Assembly (NCBI RefSeq): GCF_009914755.1
Contig: NC_060946.1
Length of the DNA stretch: 64,000 nt
From: the human T2T-CHM13v2.0 reference genome, Homo sapiens
Strand: one strand, 5' to 3'
This document shows positions 53,766-64,000 of this stretch, piece after piece. The notes under the pieces are model-generated. The model saw nothing but the letters and a program-made list of their open reading frames with translations. It searched no databases and was not told the origin of the DNA. The position numbers and the translations under genes are program-made. Each line of letters starts with the position of its first letter. Within the stretch, counting starts at the first letter, position 1.

Positions 53766-56700
53766 AACAAAAAGAGTGCCTCAAAGCTGCTCTTTGAAAC
53801 GGAATGTTCAACTCTATGAGTTGAATGCAAACATCACAAAGACGTTTCTGAGAATGCTTCTGTCTAGATATGATATGAAGATATTCCCGTTTCCAACGAA
53901 ATCTTCAAATCTATCCAAATGTCCACTTGCAGATTCAACAAAAAGTGTTTTTCAGAACTGCTCTATCAAAAGAAAGATCCACCTCTGTTAGCTGAGTTCA
54001 CACATCACAAACAAGTTTATGAGAATGCTTCTGTCTAGTTTTTATTTGAAGATATTTCCTTTCTCACCATAGACCTGAAAGCTGTCTTAATGTTCACTTC
54101 CAGATACTACAGAAAGAGTGTTTCAAAACTGCTGTACGAAAGGGAATGTTCAACTCTGTGACTTGAATGCACACATCACAAAGAAGTTTCTGAGGATGCT
54201 GCTGTCTACTTTTTATATGTAATCCCGTTTCCAACGAAATCCTCCAAGCTATCCAAATATCCACTTGCAGATTCCACAGAAAGACTGTTTCAAAACTGCT
54301 CTGTCAATAGAACGGTTCAACTCTGTTAGCTGCGTGCATATATCCCAAAGAAGATTCTGAGATTGCTTCTGTCTAGTTTTTATGGGAAGATATTTCCCTT
54401 TTCACCGTAGGCGTCAAGGCGCTCCAAATGTCCACTTCCAGATACTACAAAAAGAGTGTTTCAAACCTACTCTGTGAAAGCGAATATTCAACTCTGTGAC
54501 TTGAATGCACATATCACAAAGAAGTTTCTGAGAATGCTTCTGTCGAGATTTTATATGAAGATATTCCCGTTTCCAACGAAATCCTGAAATCTATCCAAAT
54601 ATCCCCTCGCAGATTCTACAAAAAGAGTGTTTCAAAACTGCTCTGTAAAAAGAAAGGTTCAACTCTGTTAGTTGAGTACACACATCACAAACAAGTTTCA
54701 CAGAATGCTTCTTTCTAGCTTGTAGGGGAAGATATTCCCTTTATCACCATGGGCCTCCAACCGTCCGAAACGTCCACTTCCATATACTACAAAAAGAGCG
54801 TTTCAAACCTGCTCTAGGAAAGGCAATGTTCAACTCTGTGACTTGAATGCAGACATCACAGAGCAGTTTCTGAGAATGCTTCTGTCTAGATTTTATAGGA
54901 AGATATTCCCGTTTCCAACGAAATCTTCACAGCTATCCAAATATCCACTTGCAGATTCTACAAAAAGAGTGTATCAAAACTGCTCTGTCAAAAGGAAGGT
55001 TCTTCTCTGTTAGGTGAGTGCATACGTCATAAAGGAGTTTCTGAGAATGTTTCTGTCTAGTGGTTATGGGAAGATATTTGCTTTTTCACCATAGGCCTCA
55101 GAGCGCTCCAAATATCCACTTGCACATACTACAAAAAGAGTGCCTCAAAGCTGCTCTTTGAAACGGAATGTTCAACTCTGAGTTGAATGCAAACATCACA
55201 AAGACATTTCTGAGAATGCTTCTGTCTAGATTTGATATGAAGATATTCCCGTTTCCAACGAAATCTTCAAATCTATCCAAATGTCCACTTGCAGATTCAA
55301 CAAAAAGTGTTTTTCAGAACTGCTCTATCAAAAGAAAGATCCACCTCTGTTAGCTGAGTTCACACATCACAAACAAGTTTATGAGAATGCTTCTGTCTAG
55401 TTTTTATTTGAAGATATTTCCTTTCTCACCATAGACCTGAAAGCTGTCCTAATGTTCACTTCCAGATACTACAGAAAGAGTGTTTCAAAACTGCTGTACG
55501 AAAGGGAATGTTCAACTCTGTGACTTGAATGCACACATCACAAAGAAGTTTCTGAGGATGCTGCTGTCTACTTTTTATACGTAATCCCGTTTCCAACGAA
55601 ATCCTCCAAGCTATCCAAATATCCACTTGCAGATTCCACAGAAAGACTGTTTCAAAACTGCTCTGTCAATAGAAAGGTTCAACTCTGTTAGCTGCGTGCA
55701 TATATCCCAAAGAAGATTCTGAGATTGCTTCTGTCTAGTTTTTATGGGAAGATATTTCCCTTTTCACCGTAGGCGTCAAGGCGCTCCAAATGTCCACTTC
55801 CAGATACTACAAAAAGAGTGTTTCAAACCTACTCTGTGAAAGCGAATATTCAACTCTGTGACTTGAATGCACATATCACAAAGAAGTTTCTGAGAATGCT
55901 TCTGTCGAGATTTTATATGAAGATATTCCCGTTTCCAACGAAATCCTGAAATCTATCCAAATATCCCCTCGCAGATTCTACAAAAAGAGTGTTTCAAAAC
56001 TGCTCTGTAAAAAGAAAGGTTCAACTCTGTTAGTTGAGTACACACATCACAAACAAGTTTCACAGAATGCTTCTTTCTAGCTTGTAGGGGAAGATATTCC
56101 CTTTATCACCATGGGCCTCCAACCGTCCGAAACGTCCACTTCCATATACTACCAAAAGAGCGTTTCAAACCTGCTCTAGGAAAGGCAATGTTCAACTCTG
56201 TGACTTGAATGCAGACATCACAGAGCAGTTTCTGAGAATGCTTCTGTCTAGATTTTATAGGAAGATATTCCCGTTTCCAACGAAATCTTCACAGCTATCC
56301 AAATATCCACTTGCAGATTCTACAAAAAGAGTGTATCAAAACTGCTCTGTCAAAAGGAAGGTTCTTCTCTGTTAGGTGAGTGCATACGTCATAAAGGAGT
56401 TTCTGAGAATGTTTCTGTCTAGTGGTTATGGGAAGATATTTGCTTTTTCACCGTAGGCCTCAGAGCGCTCCAAATATCCACTTGCACATACTACAAAAAG
56501 AGTGCCTCAAAGCTGCTCTCTGAAACGGAATGTTCAACTCTATGAGTTGAATGCAAACATCACAAAGACGTTTCTGAGAATGCTTCTGTCTAGATTTGAT
56601 ATGAAGATATTCCCGTTTCCAACGAAATCTTCAAATCTATCCAAATGTCCACTTGCATAATCAACAAAAAGTGTTTTTCAGAACTGCTCTATCAAAAGAA

Positions 56701-59700
56701 AGATCCACCTCTGTTAGCTGAGTTCACACATCACAAACAAGTTTATGAGAATGCTTCTGTCTAGTTTTTATTTGAAGATATTTCCTTTCTCACCATAGAC
56801 CTGAAAGCTGTCCTAATGTTCACTTCCAGATACTACAGAAAGAGTGTTTCAAAACTGCTGTACGAAAGGGAATGTTCAACTCTGTGACTTGAATGCACAC
56901 ATCACAAAGAAGTTTCTGAGGATGCTGCTGTCTACTTTTTATACGTAATCCCGTTTCCAACGAAATCCTCCAAGCTATCCAAATATCCACTTGCAGATTC
57001 CACAGAAAGACTGTTTCAAAACTGCTCTGTCAATAGAAAGGTTCAACTCTGTTAGCTGCGTGCATATATCCCAAAGAAGATTCTGAGATTGCTTCTGTCT
57101 AGTTTTTATGGGAAGATATTTCCCTTTTCACCGTAGGCGTCAAGGCGCTCCAAATGTCCACTTCCAGATACTACAAAAAGAGTGTTTCAAACCTACTCTG
57201 TGAAAGGGAATATTCAACTCTGTGACTTGAATGCACATATCACAAAGAAGTTTCTGAGAATGCTTCTGTCGAGATTTTATATGAAGATATTCCCGTTTCC
57301 AACGAAATCCTGAAATCTATCCAAATATCCCCTTGCAGATTCTACAAAAAGAGTGTTTCAAAACTGCTCTGTAAAAAGAAAGGTTCAACTCTGTTACTTG
57401 AGTACACACATCACAAACAAGTTTCACAGAATGCTTCTTTCTAGCTTGTAGGGGAAGATATTCCCTTTATCACCATGGTCCTCAAACCGTCCGAAACGTC
57501 CACTTCCATATACTACAAAAAGAGCGTTTCAAACCTGCTCTAGGAAAGGCAATGTTCAACTCTGTGACTTGAATGCAGACATCACAGAGCAGTTTCTGAG
57601 AATGCTTCTGTCTAGATTTTATAGGAAGATATTCCCGTTTCCAACGAAATCTTCACAGCTATCCAAGTATCCACTTGCAGATTCTACAAAAAGAGTGTAT
57701 CAAAACTGCTCTGTCAAAAGGAAGGTTCTTCTCTGTTAGGTGAGTGCATACGTCATAAAGGAGTTTCTGAGAATGTTTCTGTCTTGTGGTTATGGGAAGA
57801 TATTTGCTTTTTCACCGTAGGCCTCAGAGCGCTCCAAATATCCACTTGCACATACTACAAAAAGAGTGCCTCAAAGCTGCTCTCTGAAACGGAATGTTCA
57901 ACTCTATGAGTTGAATGCAAACATCACAAAGACGTTTCTGAGAATGCTTCTGTCTAGATTTGATATGAAGATATTCCCGTTTCCAACGAAATCTTCAAAT
58001 CTATCCAAATGTCCACTTGCATAATCAACAAAAAGTGTTTTTCAGAACTGCTCTATCAAAAGAAAGATCCACCTCTGTTAGCTGAGTTCACACATCACAA
58101 ACAAGTTTATGAGAATGCTTCTGTCTAGTTTTTATTTGAAGATATTTCCTTTCTCACCATAGACCTGAAAGCTGTCCTAATGTTCACTTCCAGATACTAC
58201 AGAAAGAGTGTTTCAAAACTGCTGTATGAAAGGGAATGTTCAACTCTGTGACTTGAATGCACACATCACAAAGAAGTTTCTGAGGATGCTGCTGTCTACT
58301 TTTTATATGTAATCCCGTTTCCAATGAAATCCTCCAAGCTATCCAAATATCCACTTGCAGATTCCACAGAAAGACTGTTTCAAAACTGCTCTGTCAATAG
58401 AAAGGTACAACTCTGTTATCTGCGTGCATATATCCCAAAGAAGATTCTGAGATTGCTTCTGTCTAGTTTTTATGGGAAGATATTTCCCTTTTCACCGTAG
58501 GCGTCAAGGCGCTCCAAATGTCCACTTCCAGATACTACAAAAAGAGTGTTTCAAACCTACTCTGTGAAAGGGAATATTCAACTCTGTGACTTGAATGCAC
58601 ATATCACAAAGAAGTTTCTGAGAATGCTTCTGTCGAGATTTTATATGAAGATATTCCCGTTTCCAACGAAATCCTGAAATCTATCCAAATATCCCCTCGC
58701 AGATTCTACAAAAAGAGACTTTCAAAACTGCTCTGTAAAAAGAAAGGTTCAACTCTGTTAGTTGAGTACACACATCACAAACAAGTTTCACAGAATGCTT
58801 CTTTCTAGCTTGTAGGGGAAGATATTCCCTTTATCACCATGGGCCTCCAACCGTCCGAAACATCCACTTCCATATACTACAAAAAGAGCGTTTCAAACCT
58901 GCTCTATGAAAGGCAATGTTCAACTCTGTGACTTGAAAGCAGACATCACAGAGCAGTTTCTGAGAATGCTTCTGTCTAGATTTTATAGGAAGATATTCCC
59001 GTTTCCAACGAAATCTTCACAGCTATCCAAATATCCACTTGCAGATTCTACAAAAAGAGTGTATCAAAACTGCTCTGTCAAAAGGAAGGTTCTTCTCTGT
59101 TAGGTGAGTGCATACGTCATAAAGGAGTTTCTGAGAATGTTTCTGTCTAGTGGTTATGGGAAGATATTTGCTTTTTCACCGTAGGCCTCAGAGCGCTCCA
59201 AATATCCACTTGCACATACTACAAAAAGAGTGCCTCAAAGCTGCTCTCTGAAACGGAATGTTCAACTCTATGAGTTGAATGCAAACATCACAAAGACGTT
59301 TCTGAGAATGCTTCTGTCTAGATTTGATATGAAGATATTCCCGTTTCCAACGAAATCTTCAAATCTATCCAAATGTCCACTTGCATAATCAACAAAAAGT
59401 GTTTTTCAGAACTGCTCTATCAAAAGAAAGATCCACCTCTGTTAGCTGAGTTCACACATCACAAACAAGTTTATGAGAATGCTTCTGTCTAGTTTTTATT
59501 TGAAGATATTTCCTTTCTCACCATAGACCTGAAAGCTGTCCTAATGTTCACTTCCAGATACTACAGAAAGAGTGTTTCAAAACTGCTGTACGAAAGGGAA
59601 TGTTCAACTCTGTGACTTGAATGCACACATCACAAAGAAGTTTCTGAGGATGCTGCTGTCTACTTTTTATACATAATCCCGTTTCCAACGAAATCCTCCA

Positions 59701-62700
59701 AGCTATCCAAATATCCACTTGCAGATTCCACAGAAAGACTGTTTCAAAACTGCTCTGTCAATAGAAAGGTTCAACTCTGTTAGCTGCGTGCATATATCCC
59801 AAAGAAGATTCTGAGATTGCTTCTGTCTAGTTTTTATGGGAAGATATTTCCCTTTTCACCGTAGGCGTCAAGGCGCTCCAAATGTCCACTTCCAGATACT
59901 ACAAAAAGAGTGTTTCAAACCTACTCTGTGAAAGCGAATATTCAACTCTGTGACTTGAATGCACATATCACAAAGAAGTTTCTGAGAATGCTTCTGTCGA
60001 GATTTTATATGAAGATATTCCCGTTTCCAACGAAATCCTGAAATCTATCCAAATATCCCCTCGCAGATTCTACAAAAAGAGTGTTTCAAAACTGCTCTGT
60101 AAAAAGAAAGGTTCAACTCTGTTAGTTGAGTACACACATCACAAACAAGTTTCACAGAATGCTTCTTTCTAGCTTGTAGGGGAAGATATTCCCTTTATCA
60201 CCATGGGCCTCCAACCGTCCGAAACGTCCACTTCCATATACTACAAAAAGAGCGTTTCAAACCTGCTCTAGGAAAGGCAATGTTCAACTCTGTGACTTGA
60301 ATGCAGACATCACAGAGCAGTTTCTGAGAATGCTTCTGTCTAGATTTTATAGGAAGATATTCCCGTTTCCAACGAAATCTTCACAGCTATCCAAATATCC
60401 ACTTGCAGATTCTACAAAAAGAGTGTATCAAAACTGCTCTGTCAAAAGGAAGGTTCTTCTCTGTTAGGTGAGTGCATACGTCATAAAGGAGTTTCTGAGA
60501 ATGTTTCTGTCTAGTGGTTATGGGAAGATATTTGCTTTTTCACCGTAGGCCTCAGAGCGCTCCAAATATCCACTTGCACATACAACAAAAAGAGTGCCTC
60601 AAAGCTGCTCTTTGAAACGGAATGTTCAACTCTATGAGTTGAATGCAAACATCACAAAGACGTTTCTGAGAATGCTTCTGTCTAGATATGATATGAAGAT
60701 ATTCCCGTTTCCAACGAAATCTTCAAATCTATCCAAATGTCCACTTGCAGATTCAACAAAAAGTGTTTTTCAGAACTGCTCTATCAAAAGAAAGATCCAC
60801 CTCTGTTAGCTGAGTTCACACATCACAAACAAGTTTATGAGAATGCTTCTGTCTAGTTTTTATTTGAAGATATTTCCTTTCTCACCATAGACCTGAAAGC
60901 TGTCTTAATGTTCACTTCCAGATACTACAGAAAGAGTGTTTCAAAACTGCTGTACGAAAGGGAATGTTCAACTCTGTGACTTGAATGCACACATCACAAA
61001 GAAGTTTCTGAGGATGCTGCTGTCTACTTTTTATATGTAATCCCGTTTCCAACGAAATCCTCCAAGCTATCCAAATATCCACTTGCAGATTCCACAGAAA
61101 GACTGTTTCAAAACTGCTCTGTCAATAGAACGGTTCAACTCTGTTAGCTGCGTGCATATATCCCAAAGAAGATTCTGAGATTGCTTCTGTCTAGTTTTTA
61201 TGGGAAGATATTTCCCTTTTCACCGTAGGCGTCAAGGCGCTCCAAATGTCCACTTCCAGATACTACAAAAAGAGTGTTTCAAACCTACTCTGTGAAAGCG
61301 AATATTCAACTCTGTGACTTGAATGCACATATCACAAAGAAGTTTCTGAGAATGCTTCTGTCGAGATTTTATATGAAGATATTCCCGTTTCCAACGAAAT
61401 CCTGAAATCTATCCAAATATCCCCTCGCAGATTCTACAAAAAGAGTGTTTCAAAACTGCTCTGTAAAAAGAAAGGTTCAACTCTGTTAGTTGAGTACACA
61501 CATCACAAACAAGTTTCACAGAATGCTTCTTTCTAGCTTGTAGGGGAAGATATTCCCTTTATCACCATGGGCCTCCAACCGTCCGAAACGTCCACTTCCA
61601 TATACTACAAAAAGAGCGTTTCAAACCTGCTCTAGGAAAGGCAATGTTCAACTCTGTGACTTGAATGCAGACATCACAGAGCAGTTTCTGAGAATGCTTC
61701 TGTCTAGATTTTATAGGAAGATATTCCCGTTTCCAACGAAATCTTCACAGCTATCCAAATATCCACTTGCAGATTCTACAAAAAGAGTGTATCAAAACTG
61801 CTCTGTCAAAAGGAAGGTTCTTCTCTGTTAGGTGAGTGCATACGTCATAAAGGAGTTTCTGAGAATGTTTCTGTCTAGTGGTTATGGGAAGATATTTGCT
61901 TTTTCACCATAGGCCTCAGAGCGCTCCAAATATCCACTTGCACATACTACAAAAAGAGTGCCTCAAAGCTGCTCTTTGAAACGGAATGTTCAACTCTGAG
62001 TTGAATGCAAACATCACAAAGACATTTCTGAGAATGCTTCTGTCTAGATTTGATATGAAGATATTCCCGTTTCCAACGAAATCTTCAAATCTATCCAAAT
62101 GTCCACTTGCAGATTCAACAAAAAGTGTTTTTCAGAACTGCTCTATCAAAAGAAAGATCCACCTCTGTTAGCTGAGTTCACACATCACAAACAAGTTTAT
62201 GAGAATGCTTCTGTCTAGTTTTTATTTGAAGATATTTCCTTTCTCACCATAGACCTGAAAGCTGTCCTAATGTACACTTCCAGATACTACAGAAAGAGTG
62301 TTTCAAAACTGCTGTACGAAAGGGAATGTTCAACTCTGTGACTTGAATGCACACATCACAAAGAAGTTTCTGAGGATGCTGCTGTCTACTTTTTATACGT
62401 AATCCCGTTTCCAACGAAATCCTCCAAGCTATCCAAATATCCACTTGCAGATTCCACAGAAAGACTGTTTCAAAACTGCTCTGTCAATAGAAAGGTTCAA
62501 CTCTGTTAGCTGCGTGCATATATCCCAAAGAAGATTCTGAGATTGCTTCTGTCTAGTTTTTATGGGAAGATATTTCCCTTTTCACCGTAGGCGTCAAGGC
62601 GCTCCAAATGTCCACTTCCAGATACTACAAAAAGAGTGTTTCAAACCTACTCTGTGAAAGCGAATATTCAACTCTGTGACTTGAATGCACATATCACAAA

Positions 62701-64000
62701 GAAGTTTCTGAGAATGCTTCTGTCGAGATTTTATATGAAGATATTCCCGTTTCCAACGAAATCCTGAAATCTATCCAAATATCCCCTCGCAGATTCTACA
62801 AAAAGAGTGTTTCAAAACTGCTCTGTAAAAAGAAAGGTTCAACTCTGTTAGTTGAGTACACACATCACAAACAAGTTTCACAGAATGCTTCTTTCTAGCT
62901 TGTAGGGGAAGATATTCCCTTTATCACCATGGGCCTCCAACCGTCCGAAACGTCCACTTCCATATACTACAAAAAGAGCGTTTCAAACCTGCTCTAGGAA
63001 AGGCAATGTTCAACTCTGTGACTTGAATGCAGACATCACAGAGCAGTTTCTGAGAATGCTTCTGTCTAGATTTTATAGGAAGATATTCCCGTTTCCAACG
63101 AAATCTTCACAGCTATCCAAATATCCACTTGCAGATTCTACAAAAAGAGTGTATCAAAACTGCTCTGTCAAAAGGAAGGTTCTTCTCTGTTAGGTGAGTG
63201 CATACGTCATAAAGGAGTTTCTGAGAATGTTTCTGTCTAGTGGTTATGGGAAGATATTTGCTTTTTCACCGTAGGCCTCAGAGCGCTCCAAATATCCACT
63301 TGCACATACTACAAAAAGAGTGCCTCAAAGCTGCTCTCTGAAACGGAATGTTCAACTCTATGAGTTGAATGCAAACATCACAAAGACGTTTCTGAGAATG
63401 CTTCTGTCTAGATTTGATATGAAGATATTCCCGTTTCCAACGAAATCTTCAAATCTATCCAAATGTCCACTTGCATAATCAACAAAAAGTGTTTTTCAGA
63501 ACTGCTCTATCAAAAGAAAGATCCACCTCTGTTAGCTGAGTTCACACATCACAAACAAGTTTATGAGAATGCTTCTGTCTAGTTTTTATTTGAAGATATT
63601 TCCTTTCTCACCATAGACCTGAAAGCTGTCCTAATGTTCACTTCCAGATACTACAGAAAGAGTGTTTCAAAACTGCTGTACGAAAGGGAATGTTCAACTC
63701 TGTGACTTGAATGCAGACATCACAAAGAAGTTTCTGAGGATGCTGCTGTCTACTTTTTATACGTAATCCCGTTTCCAACGAAATCCTCCAAGCTATCCAA
63801 ATATCCACTTGCAGATTCCACAGAAAGACTGTTTCAAAACTGCTCTGTCAATAGAAAGGTTCAACTCTGTTAGCTGCGTGCATATATCCCAAAGAAGATT
63901 CTGAGATTGCTTCTGTCTAGTTTTTATGGGAAGATATTTCCCTTTTCACCGTAGGCGTCAAGGCGCTCCAAATGTCCACTTCCAGATACTACAAAAAGAG
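53766..64000. repeat. Duplicated segment at +6818 bp (H40 second part to H42 / H45 second part to H47)
   Basis: Shared TGTCTTAA (54087/60905), identical 2-bp deletion (55179/61997) and AGACATTT (55206/62024). Confidence 0.85.

Larger units (their letters stand above)
1..64000 (-). repeat. Centromeric alpha-satellite HOR array, 8-mer 1364-bp unit, about 46.9 copies; likely human chr14/22 active array (D14Z9/D22Z1, S2C14/22H1L)
   Basis: 171-bp monomers with typical alphoid motifs (TTCAACTCTGTGACTTGAATGCACACATCACAAAGAAGTTTCTGAGAATGCTTCTGTCTAG). Near-identical sequence recurs every 1364 bp (e.g. positions 1, 1365, 6821; ORF track starts differ by multiples of 1364). Alpha-satellite identity is certain; the chromosome assignment is inferred from unit size and XbaI/TaqI sites. 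Confidence 0.98.

Noticed and set aside
258-62444. Dozens of repeated 60-113 aa ORFs (MKGNVQLC..., MPQSCSLK..., MSTHITNK..., minus-strand MDRFEDF..., MDIWIAW...)
   Set aside because: These are chance open frames in alpha satellite. They recur at the 1364-bp period, appear or vanish with single substitutions or 2-bp deletions, often start at non-ATG codons, and show no recognisable domain or gene structure.
1-64000. CRISPR-like or other repeat-spacer system suggested by the regularly spaced 17-bp conserved motif
   Set aside because: The motif is the CENP-B box. The intervening sequences are themselves homologous repeats rather than unique spacers, and there are no cas genes.
1-64000. Mobile element insertion (L1/Alu), inversion or structural HOR variant
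   Set aside because: The 1364-bp register is preserved end to end apart from three 2-bp deletions, and orientation is constant.
1-64000. Promoters, terminators, ncRNA genes or strong hairpins
   Set aside because: Alpha satellite can be transcribed, but no discrete transcription unit or long inverted repeat is supportable from the sequence alone.

Overview
The entire 64 kb window is one uninterrupted, head-to-tail primate (almost certainly human) centromeric alpha-satellite array. It contains about 46.9 copies of a 1364-bp higher-order repeat (HOR) made of 8 monomers (7 x 171 bp + 1 x 167 bp). CENP-B-box monomers alternate strictly with pJalpha/A-box monomers, the dimeric organisation of suprachromosomal families 1 and 2 (SF2 here). 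The unit length and its XbaI/TaqI sites best fit the active chr14/chr22 HOR (alphaXT; D14Z9/D22Z1; S2C14/22H1L), and I cannot tell chr14 from chr22. The conventional alpha-satellite strand is the minus strand. I see no genes, mobile elements, CRISPR arrays or inversions, and all listed ORFs are translation artefacts of the repeat. I found no new gene system. The informative signal lies in shared single-base variants, read by eye. They show nested multi-HOR duplications (3, 4, 5 and 9/7 units), chimeric HORs with mappable junctions, a nested CpG-decay series, and clustering of broken CENP-B boxes. HORs are numbered H1-H47 from position 1 in steps of 1364 bp; H14, H41 and H46 are 1362 bp.
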